NCBI GenBank assembly: GCA_038061715.1
Contig: JBBTYP010000004.1
Span: 1-53,565, forward strand
Length of the DNA: 53,565 nucleotides
Direction: 5' to 3'
Source of the DNA: Patescibacteria group bacterium
GTDB lineage: Bacteria; Patescibacteriota; Minisyncoccia; Phycocordibacterales; UBA918
Under the pieces are notes generated by a model. The model ran no database searches. It was not told where the DNA came from and worked only from the letters and a program-made list of their open reading frames with translations. A program made the translations under genes and the position numbers. Positions 39,254 to 48,697 of the stretch are shown here, piece after piece (the stretch's first letter is position 1; each line of letters starts with the position of its first letter).

Positions 39254-40837
39254 TTAGTTTTTGATTGTGATCAACTGACCGTCTTTAAGGCCACGTGCGT
39301 CGGTAACTATACGGGTGGATTTAGTTACACCAGAGGTAATTTCGATGGCTTCACCTAAGAGTTGACCTTGTGTAACTGGCACAGCCACCAATTTCATTTC
39401 ATCATTTACGATAAAAACAAATGCACCATCGGCAGTAATTTTGAGTGCAGACAAAGGAATGATAGTTCTCTCATCAGTTTTTTCAGCTGTGACTTGCGAG
39501 AAAGTGATTTTAACTGTGGCCCCATTGGTTAGCTCGCTGTCTTTATTTACTCCTACTACAACCGCCACCTTACCGTTAGTAGGATCAAGGGCCGCCGCTT
39601 TTGCAGTAATTACACCTGTCGCACCGCCTTCGATTACAACTGTATCTCCGACACTAATGTTTGCACTGTCAATTTCGTTAACAAAAGTCTTAATTTGCAA
39701 ACCCTCATTGTTAGCCACAATTCCAGCCGGCTGACCCAGCGTGGTATAGTCGCCAGCTTTAAGATAAAAAGCATTTACCACCCCTTGAATTGGGGTACGA
39801 ATAATAGTTTTTTGGTAAGCAGCCTGTGCTGCTTGCAGTGAGCCAAGCGCAATCTTAACTTGTGCATCAGAAGCCGACACTGTTCCACCACTCGCCGCGA
39901 GTTGTGCCCGTCTAATGGAATCATTAGCAGAGGCTATCGCTGACAGTGACGCGTCTAGGGATGCGCGAGTGTTAATTAGAGTAGTTCTAAGAGCAGTAAA
40001 GTCGGTGCTAAAATTTTGTAATTCCGCTTCAGTGAAACCTCCACTACCACCTGGCTGAGCAAATAAAGTAATGAACGCGTCCACCAGGGCAATCGTGCGT
40101 TCAGTTTGGTTTTTAGCATAAGCAATCTCGGTCTCCAGGTTACTATTAATGCTAATAGTACTAGAACGACCTTGCCAATCAGTGAGAATTGTTTGAAAAG
40201 CTACCCGCTCGTTATTGAGTTTTGTGGTCATTCCACCGCCATCAATTTTTAGACCAGGTATCGTGGCATTAGGACTACCGAAGAAAGGGTCAATACTATT
40301 TCGTACAATGCTGTTAGCAGTATTGTACGAAGCCCGACAGCTACTTACGGCTCCGTTTAGAGCACTGTTGAGTACTGTCTTTGATTCACTAAGTCCCACT
40401 CCGCTTTGGGCAGAGGCAGCCAGAGCCGCTTCGTAAGCACCTTGAGCCTGCACTACAGCAGCCCGTTCGGCATTGCCCTCAATTGTGGCCAAAACTGTTC
40501 CAGCTCCAATTGACTGTCCGACCTCAACTTGGACCGCTGTCACTCGTCCACTGGCCTCCGCTTGAAGGTTGGCTTCAGACACGGCCTCGACCCTACCAAT
40601 GGTATCGAATTTTGCGTCGGTAGATAGTTCACCGATTGAAAGTACACTAACCTCAGTTGTGGTTGATACAATCGGTGTGTCGGTAGCGTCATTAGCACCA
40701 AAAAATTTAAAGCCCAGCACAATTACAAGCACCAGTAATGCAAAACCACCTAATCGCTTACGGCCAAATTGGGTTTTAGGATTGAAAAACACCCTGAAAT
40801 CCTTAAGCACGTCCAATAATACGTTTGCGATATTCAT
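39254..40837 (-). CDS. Efflux RND periplasmic adaptor (MFP/HlyD family) with an expanded helical hairpin
   Basis: 527 aa. N-terminal TM, lipoyl/beta-barrel motifs (GRVTAVQVEVGQSIGAGTVLATIE; IRTPIQGVVNAFYLKAGDY). A ~200-aa Ala/Ser-rich helical insert lies between them. The stop is 1 nt from the RND start. Confidence 0.85.
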   Translation of the reverse strand: MNIANVLLDVLKDFRVFFNPKTQFGRKRLGGFALLVLVIVLGFKFFGANDATDTPIVSTTTEVSVLSIGELSTDAKFDTIGRVEAVSEANLQAEASGRVTAVQVEVGQSIGAGTVLATIEGNAERAAVVQAQGAYEAALAASAQSGVGLSESKTVLNSALNGAVSSCRASYNTANSIVRNSIDPFFGSPNATIPGLKIDGGGMTTKLNNERVAFQTILTDWQGRSSTISINSNLETEIAYAKNQTERTIALVDAFITLFAQPGGSGGFTEAELQNFSTDFTALRTTLINTRASLDASLSAIASANDSIRRAQLAASGGTVSASDAQVKIALGSLQAAQAAYQKTIIRTPIQGVVNAFYLKAGDYTTLGQPAGIVANNEGLQIKTFVNEIDSANISVGDTVVIEGGATGVITAKAAALDPTNGKVAVVVGVNKDSELTNGATVKITFSQVTAEKTDERTIIPLSALKITADGAFVFIVNDEMKLVAVPVTQGQLLGEAIEITSGVTKSTRIVTDARGLKDGQLITIKN

Positions 40838-40940
40838 ATAAATAATAATTTAACAGCCAATAGTAACACTGAATCACTGAGTTGTCCATATCTTGGACGC
40901 TCTCTTTATAATACGCGGGGTATGTTACAATCTTGCGCAT

Positions 40941-41255
40941 ATGTTTGGCAGACTCAAAAATTTTGCAATTAAAAAAGCACTGGAGACACAAATGAAGAAT
41001 GTTCCTCCCGATCAAAAGCAAATGATTATGGAGATGTTGGAAAAAGACCCAGCTCTGTTTGAAAAGATTGCGAAGGAAATTCAGGCGGAATTAAAAAAGA
41101 ACGGTAACAATCAAATGGCCGCGGCAGCAAAAGTGCTACCCAAGTATCAAAAGGAAATTTTCACTATCATGAGTCCGGAAATGAGAGAAAAACTAATAAG
41201 GATGCAAGCTGGCGCAGGAGGACAGTTCAACCCAAACGGAAGTATTCGCCGCTGA
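40941..41255 (+). CDS. Hypothetical small soluble protein
   Basis: 104 aa from ATG 40941 (the track starts at TTG 40893). TGtTACAAT (40923-40931) lies 9 nt upstream. One of the few TGA stops in the window. Confidence 0.5.
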   Translation: MFGRLKNFAIKKALETQMKNVPPDQKQMIMEMLEKDPALFEKIAKEIQAELKKNGNNQMAAAAKVLPKYQKEIFTIMSPEMREKLIRMQAGAGGQFNPNGSIRR

Positions 41256-41317
41256 GTAAATTTTAATCAACAGGGGCATGTCCTTTGCTAAGCCTTTGGC
41301 GGTTACAATAGCGTCAT

Positions 41318-41899
41318 ATGAAACAAAAGAAAATCGTGATCATTTGCGGACATCCTGATCACGAAACATTTACCGGAACATTACTTGACACCTACGAGCA
41401 CAACGCTGTAGCGGCTGGTCATACCGTAACTAGATTTAATCTTGGACAGTTAAAGTTTGATCCGATATTGCACAAAGGTTACAAAGAAATCCAGCAACTG
41501 GAACCGGATCTCATTACCCTCCAGACTGCAATTTTGGAGTGTGAGCACCTTGTTATTGGCTACCCTAACTGGTGGACAACGATGCCCGCCTTACTTAAGG
41601 GTCTGTTCGACCGTTTCTGGCTACCCGGTTTTGCTTTTAACTTTAACAAACAAACGAAGAAAGTAGAGCAACATTTAGATGGTAAGACGGCACATGTCTT
41701 TGTACTGTCTGGTTCACATAGCCCGTTCAAAACATGGTGGAAGTTTGGTGATTACACCAACGAAATTCAATACGGTATTCTTGAATTCGCTGGCATCAAA
41801 ACTCGCGTGACTACCTACGGGCCCTGTGAACGAGTCGACGGAGTTTGCCGTGAAAATTGGCTTAAGGAGGTCGCTTCCTTGGGCAAGCACGGTACTTAA
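41318..41899 (+). CDS. Flavodoxin-like fold NAD(P)H dehydrogenase (quinone) family protein
   Basis: 193 aa. KIVIICGHPDHETFTGTLL...LKFDPIL...LVIGYPNWWTTMPALLKG is typical of the Flavodoxin_2/KefF-MdaB-like family. Confidence 0.75.
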   Translation: MKQKKIVIICGHPDHETFTGTLLDTYEHNAVAAGHTVTRFNLGQLKFDPILHKGYKEIQQLEPDLITLQTAILECEHLVIGYPNWWTTMPALLKGLFDRFWLPGFAFNFNKQTKKVEQHLDGKTAHVFVLSGSHSPFKTWWKFGDYTNEIQYGILEFAGIKTRVTTYGPCERVDGVCRENWLKEVASLGKHGT

Positions 41900-41922
41900 G
41901 TTGGTGCTACTATAAGCTGATC

Positions 41923-42762
41923 ATGCATCGAACATTTGTTAGAGAGGTTGCTCTCATTGTCACAAAAACAATGGCAGTAGTGGTAACTATGGTTGCGCTT
42001 ATTTTTGCTGCAGTCACTCTTTTTGACGGCAGTCTTGGTATTAGTGACGGTACCTGCAATGTGGCGGTACTGCCAATTGAGGGTGAAATTTGGCCATTCT
42101 ACAGTTATGCCCACCTTCCGACCATTGTTACCCCTGATATGGTAGAGGAATTTATGACTTCGGCTGAGGATGACACGGCAATTGAAGCGGTATTGATCGA
42201 AGTCAATTCGCCGGGCGGCTTCCCGGCTGCTTCTGAGCGCATGGCTGACAGAATCCGCTCCAGTGAACTACCAACTGTCGGTATGATTGGTGATATTGGA
42301 GCTTCTGGTGGCTACATGGTGGCAGCGGCAACCGACTATTTGATCGCTTCACCATTTTCGATTGTTGGTAGCATTGGTGTAAATGCTTCATACGTTGAAA
42401 ACTCAGAACAAAACGAGGAAGACGGCCTTACTTACGTACAGCTCATAGCTGGTAAGTACAAGGACGCGGGTGACCCTAACAAGCCGCTAACAGAGGAAGA
42501 GCGTGCATTAGTGCAGCGTGACCTTGATGAAGTCCACCAGGGCTTTATAGAAATGATAGCTGAGTACCGAAGTTTATCAGTTGAGGATGTGACGACTCTG
42601 GCCGATGGATCAACCGTCACAGGTAGTCGGGCTAAGGAAGTGAAGTTGGTCGATGCTGTTGGCGCTAGAAGTGAAGCCAAGCGGGCTCTAGCTTCTATTC
42701 TCGGTAAATCTGAATCTGATATTGTTTTTTGTGAGTACACGATTCCGATTTTGCCAATTTAG
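41923..42762 (+). CDS. sppA: Signal peptide peptidase SppA, 36K type (S49)
   Basis: 279 aa. N-terminal TM. IEVNSPGGFPAASE, GASGGYMVAAATDYLIASPFSIVGSIGV. Confidence 0.85.
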   Translation: MHRTFVREVALIVTKTMAVVVTMVALIFAAVTLFDGSLGISDGTCNVAVLPIEGEIWPFYSYAHLPTIVTPDMVEEFMTSAEDDTAIEAVLIEVNSPGGFPAASERMADRIRSSELPTVGMIGDIGASGGYMVAAATDYLIASPFSIVGSIGVNASYVENSEQNEEDGLTYVQLIAGKYKDAGDPNKPLTEEERALVQRDLDEVHQGFIEMIAEYRSLSVEDVTTLADGSTVTGSRAKEVKLVDAVGARSEAKRALASILGKSESDIVFCEYTIPILPI

Positions 42763-42797
42763 TTGCTTATTGAGTAAAGTTTGCTAACCTAGCACCC

Positions 42798-43898
42798 ATG
42801 TCATTATCTGTCGGAATAGTTGGATTGCCCAACGTTGGAAAATCAACCCTTTTTACAGCCCTCACTAAAAACGAGGTGCTGATTGCTAATTATCCCTTTG
42901 CTACTATCGATCCAACCGTTGGGGTGGTGGCTGTACCCGACGCTCGATTAAAAACCTTATCAGCAATTTCTGGCTCAAGGGAAATCATTCCTGCCATTAT
43001 AGAGTTCGTGGACATAGCCGGCTTAGTAAAAGGGGCCAGTGAAGGTGAGGGTCTGGGAAATAAGTTTCTGGCCAACATTCGAGAAACCGACATGATTGCA
43101 CAAGTGGTGCGTATTTTTGAAGACAGCGATATTCATCACGTTTCAGGCGGGATCGATCCACTTGGCGATATTGAAACTATCAATCTAGAGCTTATTTTGG
43201 CCGATGCTGAAACAGTGTCGAAGCGGATAGGAACCCTCGAACGCGACGTGCGCACAGGCAACAAAGACGCTGTTGTACTAAAGACCGTGTTAGAAAGACT
43301 TCTGCCACATCTAATTAGCGGTGCCTTGGCTAACTCTCTAGCTATGAATGAGGACGAGAGACTAGCCTTAAAGAGTGTTCACTTGCTTACTTTAAAACCT
43401 TTTCTATATGTATGTAATAAAAAGCAAGACGCCTTTAATTTAGATGAGCACAATGATGATCGTTGGCAAGAGCTGGTAGAATTTTTTGAGACTAGTAACT
43501 CAGAATACGTGATAGTTGATGCGGGTATGGAGCATGAACTGCGAGACATGGTCGAGGATGAAAAAATGGACTTTCGTCGTGAGTACGGTGCCCAAGATAG
43601 TGGGGTGGAAAGCCTAATTAGAGCTTGTTACCATCGGCTTGGCCTAATGAGTTATTTTACTACTGGCGAAATAGAAACTCGCGCCTGGACGGTTCCGATT
43701 GGCGCAACTGGACCGGAAGCTGGCGGTGCCATCCACTCGGATTTTCAAACAAAATACATTCGCGCTCAAGTCGTATCGTTTTCCGATTTAGTAGAGTGTG
43801 GTAGCAAAGCGGCCGCTCGTGAGCAGGGGAAACTTCGAACTGAAGGCAAGGAGTATGTAGTCAAAGACGGCGATGTAATCGAATTTCTACACTCATAA
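42798..43898 (+). CDS. ychF: Redox-regulated ATPase YchF (Obg-like)
   Basis: 366 aa. G1 [36 protein letters not shown], and a C-terminal TGS-like [15 protein letters not shown]. Confidence 0.95.
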   Translation: MSLSVGIVGLPNVGKSTLFTALTKNEVLIANYPFATIDPTVGVVAVPDARLKTLSAISGSREIIPAIIEFVDIAGLVKGASEGEGLGNKFLANIRETDMIAQVVRIFEDSDIHHVSGGIDPLGDIETINLELILADAETVSKRIGTLERDVRTGNKDAVVLKTVLERLLPHLISGALANSLAMNEDERLALKSVHLLTLKPFLYVCNKKQDAFNLDEHNDDRWQELVEFFETSNSEYVIVDAGMEHELRDMVEDEKMDFRREYGAQDSGVESLIRACYHRLGLMSYFTTGEIETRAWTVPIGATGPEAGGAIHSDFQTKYIRAQVVSFSDLVECGSKAAAREQGKLRTEGKEYVVKDGDVIEFLHS

Positions 43899-43903
43899 GC
43901 GAA

Positions 43904-43926
43904 GTGCCCGACACAGGGTCGGGCAC
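43904..43926. terminator. Hairpin between convergent ychF and a minus-strand small ORF (no U-tract)
   Basis: 9-bp stem GTGCCCGAC / GTCGGGCAC with loop ACAGG. Confidence 0.45.
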
Positions 43927-43950
43927 AACGGCGGCCAGGGTAGTCAGGTT

Positions 43951-44082
43951 TCAGGATTTTTCACCAGCTTTCTTCAGCTGGTTTTCCTCATAGGTCGGGT
44001 ACCAACTGAGGAAAGCGATAATTGCGACCCAAGTAACTGGAACAAACAGTACCGCTGCCGCCAGGCGAAGAACATCACTCAT
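43951..44082 (-). CDS. Small membrane protein (43 aa)
   Basis: MSDVLRLAAAVLFVPVTWVAIIAFLSWYPTYEENQLKKAGEKS. Strong SD GAGGAGA 5 nt upstream of the ATG. Below the track cutoff. TGA stop. Confidence 0.55.
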   Translation of the reverse strand: MSDVLRLAAAVLFVPVTWVAIIAFLSWYPTYEENQLKKAGEKS

Positions 44083-44145
44083 CGTTATCTCCTCTAATAT
44101 GAGCGCTTAACTCAATATTGACATATCTAGCAAATAGCGTCAAAT

Positions 44146-44409
44146 TCAACTTGTTGATTTAGGTTTTGGTTGAATGGGGCTAACAATCTTAGGATTCCAG
44201 TCAGCGGCAATCTTACCGTGGTTTGCTTCAAATTCAGTAATTTGATGAGTCAGATATTGCTGCAGTCGTTTCGTATGTTCAGGCGTAAGAGAGTAAATAG
44301 AGGCTTGCGCACCAGAGCTCAAGCCCATGACAAAATATTCTGGCGTATAAGCTATATGAATACTCTCACAAAACAGTTTAGGAGCTTTTTTAATATCTTC
44401 TGGTTTCAT
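44146..44409 (-). CDS. Small conserved-looking protein, DUF3467-like (from memory)
   Basis: 87 aa from ATG 44409 (the track uses GTG 44415). FCESIHIAYTPEYFVMGLSSG resembles the DUF3467 core. TATACT (44422-44417) lies 7 nt upstream of the ATG. Confidence 0.55.
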   Translation of the reverse strand: MKPEDIKKAPKLFCESIHIAYTPEYFVMGLSSGAQASIYSLTPEHTKRLQQYLTHQITEFEANHGKIAADWNPKIVSPIQPKPKSTS

Positions 44410-44416
44410 AATCACT

Positions 44417-44422
44417 AGTATA
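44417..44422 (-). promoter_or_regulatory. -10 hexamer TATACT, 7 nt upstream of the ATG at 44409 (minus strand)
   Basis: The minus strand reads GAAGTATACTAGTGATTATGAAA. Confidence 0.35.
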
Positions 44423-44481
44423 CTTCATTCGCCACAAACTTGCCTTTACAGTAGTTATAACTAGGCGCATACTTAGTTTAT

Positions 44482-45396
44482 ATGGAAAATCACACAGCCA
44501 AGCACTTTGTCTTACAACTAGGTTCTCTTGCTAGCCTTTATTTATCACTGGCATTTTTACTGGTTTTAATTTTCGGAATTATTAACATTTTATTTCCCGA
44601 TGCTGCTGAAAGTTACTGGCAAGTCGACAGCAATCACAGTAGCGTTAGGTTGGGGATCGCGATGGTTCTCGTCTTTTTCCCAACTTACCTTGTTCTTACA
44701 CGCACAGTAAACAACTTACGTCGCGGCGAAGCGGGCGGTGCCTATTTGATCCTTACGAAGTGGCTGATCTACCTCTCGCTTCTGGTTGGAGGAGCTGTTT
44801 TACTTGGCGATTTGGTAGCTGTCGTCATGACGTTTTTGGAAGGAGAATTAACACAACGTTTTTTGCTTAAAGCGTTTGCCGTTCTTCTTGTTACGGGAGC
44901 AGCCTTTCATTACTATCTCCTTGACGCAAAAGGCTTTTGGCTCAAAAACGAGCAAAAATCAATTCTGTTTGCTATTGGAGCCATCATCTTAGTTTTGGCT
45001 GCACTAGGCTACGGCGTCAGTCTGATTGATGCTCCTACCAGTGTTCGTGAACAAAAGCTTGATGCAACCCAAGTTACTGATCTTCAACAAATTCAGTGGC
45101 GCGTCCAGGATTACGCTATGACTACAGGCGCACTACCTGAGAGCCTAACCGTCTTGGCTGAGCCAGCTGTGCCGCAAGCACCTGAAGGGCGCGCGGCTTA
45201 TTCTTACCACCTTACAAAAGATGGCTTTGAGTTATGCGCAACTTTCAAACATGCTTCAACTGACGCTGATAACATCATGTATCCAGCCGTAACCAGCAGT
45301 GACAGCAAAATGATGATTCAAAACCCTGACAACTGGCAACATGGCAGTGGGGAAACGTGTTTTAAGAGAATAGTGAGTAGTCTTCCAAAAAACTAA
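44482..45396 (+). CDS. Membrane protein with 5 N-terminal TM helices and a pilin-like C-terminal domain (DUF5671-like)
   Basis: 304 aa. The C-terminal part (DLQQIQWRVQDYAMTTGALPESLTVL...YSYHLTKDGFELCATF) resembles type IV pilin/pseudopilin globular domains. Confidence 0.6.
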   Translation: MENHTAKHFVLQLGSLASLYLSLAFLLVLIFGIINILFPDAAESYWQVDSNHSSVRLGIAMVLVFFPTYLVLTRTVNNLRRGEAGGAYLILTKWLIYLSLLVGGAVLLGDLVAVVMTFLEGELTQRFLLKAFAVLLVTGAAFHYYLLDAKGFWLKNEQKSILFAIGAIILVLAALGYGVSLIDAPTSVREQKLDATQVTDLQQIQWRVQDYAMTTGALPESLTVLAEPAVPQAPEGRAAYSYHLTKDGFELCATFKHASTDADNIMYPAVTSSDSKMMIQNPDNWQHGSGETCFKRIVSSLPKN

Positions 45397-45443
45397 CTTT
45401 TCGGGCATACTACGCTCTGACTTGGTACAAAGGGGGATGAATA

Positions 45444-45650
45444 ATGGTACAAGAAGCAATCGTGTGCGCCCATTGTGGCTTGGTTGAAGATATAAATATG
45501 CCTGGACAACCGTGCGCTCGGTGTAACTGCGAACTGACAAAAGCCGCCGTCTGCTTGTGTCACTCCTTCAGTTTCATTGAACCTGGAAGCAAGGTATTTA
45601 TTGCTTATCACATTACTACAAACAATCCCAAATGTTTGATTCATAACTAA
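45444..45650 (+). CDS. Small Cys-rich protein (68 aa, putative zinc ribbon)
   Basis: SD AGGGGGA 6-7 nt upstream. CAHC-x12-CARCNC plus 3 further Cys. A hairpin follows 4 nt after the stop. Confidence 0.5.
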   Translation: MVQEAIVCAHCGLVEDINMPGQPCARCNCELTKAAVCLCHSFSFIEPGSKVFIAYHITTNNPKCLIHN

Positions 45651-45654
45651 TGAT

Positions 45655-45677
45655 AGGGTTGCGCCAAGCGCAACCCT
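45655..45677 (+). terminator. Hairpin after the Cys-rich ORF
   Basis: 10-bp stem AGGGTTGCGC / GCGCAACCCT with loop CAA, then TTTA. Confidence 0.55.
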
Positions 45678-45750
45678 TTACGTTGCACAAATCAAAATTC
45701 ATAGCATAATGAGGATTCGTTATTAGTCAGAAGGTACTTACAAGTTGATT

Positions 45751-48612
45751 ATGCATAAGCGTTACAATCACCAGGAATTCGAAAAGAAGTGGCAAGAGAA
45801 ATGGAAGCAAGACGGAACCTACAACATTGGTGCACGCGACACAAGTAAGGAGAAGGAGTATGTGCTTGTAGAGTTACCGTACCCCTCAGGAAACCTCCAC
45901 ATCGGTCACTGGTATGCTTTCGCCGTACCCGATATCTACGTGCGCTATAAGCGAATGATGGGAAAACAAGTACTTTACCCGATGGGCTTTGATGCATTTG
46001 GATTGCCAGCTGAAAATGCTGCCATTAAGCGTAATATAAACCCGCGGGTGTGGACCAAAAGCAATATCGAGTACATGAGAAATCAACTCGATAGTATGGG
46101 GGTAGCTTTCTCCTGGGATAAAACAACTTCAACTATAGACCCCGAATACTACAAATGGACGCAGTGGATGTTCACGCAGTTTTTTGAAAACAACATCGCT
46201 TATCGCGGCGAAGGTGTAGTGAACTGGTGTCCAGGTTGTCACACGGTGATAGCCAACGAACAAGTGCTTCTCGATGGTACTTGCGAGCGCTCAGGGGACA
46301 TGATTGAAAAGAAGCGCATGCCGCAATGGATGCTTCGTATCACTGACTTTGCCGATGCACTGATTGACGATCTAGACACTCTAGGAGACTGGCCCGAACA
46401 TATTAAAGAGGCCCAACGCCAATGGATCGGCCGTAGTGAAGGCGCCGAGATAGATTTCAAGCTAAATGTTAATGGTGCAAGTAGTACTGTTAACAGTACT
46501 ATAACTGTCTTTACGACTCGGCCTGACACTTTGTTTGGGGCGACTTATCTGGTGTTGGCTCCCGAGCATCCGTTTCTTGAACAGAACAGAAACAGTATCG
46601 AAAACTGGAAGGAAGTAGCGACGTACGTGCAGACAGCCAAGCAAAAGAGTGAAATCGAACGCGGGGACAACACCAAAGAAAAAACTGGTGTGAAGCTAGA
46701 AGCCATTACAGCAACTAATCCAGCAAATGGCGAAGAAATTCCTGTCTACATTGCGGACTACGTACTTGCTGGATACGGAACTGGCGCCATCATGGCCGTC
46801 CCCGGCCATGATGAACGTGACAATGAGTTTGCAAAGAAATTTCGACTACCTATCAAACGAGTTGTTGAGCCTCTCTTTATTCAAACGGACGGTGGTAATG
46901 CTTTTCGAGAAACTGACCCTGTCGAGCCACGAGATGCTGTGTGTGTCGTTGTTAGGAACCCTGCAGACAACACTTACCTAGCGTTAGAATGGAAAAAGGA
47001 CCAAATGCATGGGTTGGTTACTGGCGGTATAGATGATGGAGAGGACTTAATCGAAGCGGCTCGGCGTGAAGTTACTGAAGAAACTGGATATAAAAATCTC
47101 AAAGTGGTACGTGATCAGAACTTTTCAATTCATTGTAAATTCTGGCATCGAGTTAAAGAAGTGAATCGACATGCTCGCTTTACGTACGTATTTTTTGAAC
47201 TGGAAAACAACGAACGCAAAGTCGTCTCTGAGTCTGAGCAGGCTTTACATGACTCACAGTGGATTTCAGAAAATGATCTCGATAGTTTCTTTACTGTATT
47301 CGAAGCTAAGTTTGCAGTTACTCTACTTAAAAATCCTGAGTACATACACACAGGCAATGGACTAATCAGTCACTCTGGTGAATTTGACGGCATGGATTCT
47401 GAAGCGGCGAAAATCGTTATTACGGAAAAAGTTGGTGGGCGAATGACGAATACTTATCGCTTGCGTGACTGGTCGATTGGGCGACAGCGGTATTGGGGGG
47501 TGCCGATTCCAATTGTGTATGACCCGCAAGGGAAGGCGCACATCGTGCCAAAAGAGCACTTACCTTGGACACTGCCAGAAGATGTAGACTTCACACCGAC
47601 AGGGGAGCCGCCCCTAGCGAAATCACAAGAGCTCAAAGAGCGCACTGAACATATCTTTGGTGCGGGTTGGTTGCCGGAGGTAGAAACGATGGATACCTTC
47701 GTCGATTCTTCGTGGTACTTTTTGCGCTATCTTGATAACCATAACGATGAAGAGTTTGCGAGCAAAGTTCGCCAACAGGAATGGATGCAAGTGGACATGT
47801 ACTTTGGTGGCGCCGAGCACACCACCATGCACCTCCTGTACTCTCGTTTCTGGCAAAAGGCGCTCCATAAGCTTGGACTGACTGTACACAGCGAACCGTA
47901 CAAAATGCGTATCAACCGCGGCCTCATCCTCGGGCCAGACGGCAACAAGATGAGTAAGTCAAAAGGCAATGTAGTTGACCCAGATGAACAAGTAAAATTA
48001 GTCGGTGCCGACACAGTAAAGATGTACTTGGCCTTTATGGGCCCCTACCAAGGCGCCAACTATCCATTTGACCTAGGTGGTATCGCTGGCATTCGTCGTT
48101 TTTTGGAGCGTGTCTACGGTTTAGAAGAACATCTGGTAGAGGTGGAGTCGAAAGAAACAACCGTTCTTCTGCATAAGACCATCAAAAAAGTTGGCTCTGA
48201 TATCACAGAATTTAAATTCAACACAGCTATTAGTGCGTTGATGATTTTGATGAATCAGTTCGAGAAAAATAATCTTAGTATGCAGAGCTATCAAAAATTT
48301 CTCCTTATATTGGCACCGTTTGCTCCACATATCTCAGAAGAGCTTTGGCACCTGACCGGGCAGTCTAGCAGTATTCATATTGAAAATTTCCCCAACTATG
48401 ATCCTAGCCTTGTTAAAGATGAGGTAGTCACTATCGGTGTTCAAATCAACGGCAAACACCGCGGTGAAATTACCATTGCCGTCAACGCTACTGAAACCGA
48501 AGCCTTAAACAGCGCAAAAGGAAATGCCGAACTAGCAGCAAGGCTAGCAAGGATTGTAATTAAAAAAGTGGTCTATGTACCCAGTCGAATTCTTAATATT
48601 ATTGGAGAATAG
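45751..48612 (+). CDS. leuS: Leucyl-tRNA synthetase with an inserted Nudix hydrolase domain
   Basis: HIGH (PSGNLHIGHWY). CP1 editing motifs (TTRPDTLFGATY, AVPGHDERDNEFA). YRLRDWSIGRQRYWGVPIP. KMSKS (NKMSKSKGN). Nudix box GGIDDGEDLIEAARREVTEETGY at 47023-47091. ATG 45751 is preferred over TTG 45745. Confidence 0.95.
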   Translation: MHKRYNHQEFEKKWQEKWKQDGTYNIGARDTSKEKEYVLVELPYPSGNLHIGHWYAFAVPDIYVRYKRMMGKQVLYPMGFDAFGLPAENAAIKRNINPRVWTKSNIEYMRNQLDSMGVAFSWDKTTSTIDPEYYKWTQWMFTQFFENNIAYRGEGVVNWCPGCHTVIANEQVLLDGTCERSGDMIEKKRMPQWMLRITDFADALIDDLDTLGDWPEHIKEAQRQWIGRSEGAEIDFKLNVNGASSTVNSTITVFTTRPDTLFGATYLVLAPEHPFLEQNRNSIENWKEVATYVQTAKQKSEIERGDNTKEKTGVKLEAITATNPANGEEIPVYIADYVLAGYGTGAIMAVPGHDERDNEFAKKFRLPIKRVVEPLFIQTDGGNAFRETDPVEPRDAVCVVVRNPADNTYLALEWKKDQMHGLVTGGIDDGEDLIEAARREVTEETGYKNLKVVRDQNFSIHCKFWHRVKEVNRHARFTYVFFELENNERKVVSESEQALHDSQWISENDLDSFFTVFEAKFAVTLLKNPEYIHTGNGLISHSGEFDGMDSEAAKIVITEKVGGRMTNTYRLRDWSIGRQRYWGVPIPIVYDPQGKAHIVPKEHLPWTLPEDVDFTPTGEPPLAKSQELKERTEHIFGAGWLPEVETMDTFVDSSWYFLRYLDNHNDEEFASKVRQQEWMQVDMYFGGAEHTTMHLLYSRFWQKALHKLGLTVHSEPYKMRINRGLILGPDGNKMSKSKGNVVDPDEQVKLVGADTVKMYLAFMGPYQGANYPFDLGGIAGIRRFLERVYGLEEHLVEVESKETTVLLHKTIKKVGSDITEFKFNTAISALMILMNQFEKNNLSMQSYQKFLLILAPFAPHISEELWHLTGQSSSIHIENFPNYDPSLVKDEVVTIGVQINGKHRGEITIAVNATETEALNSAKGNAELAARLARIVIKKVVYVPSRILNIIGE

Positions 48613-48697
48613 GAAAGTGTTGACCAATTTATACGCATATGTTATAAACTAGGTCACGCATTGGAGAAGGAAGCAAAGCAGCCTCTAAACGTTAAAT

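Noticed and set aside
45393-45644. 83-aa minus-strand ORF overlapping the Cys-rich ORF.
   Set aside because: The plus-strand ORF has an SD and a downstream hairpin, and the minus-strand one has neither. Only one of the two can reasonably be real.
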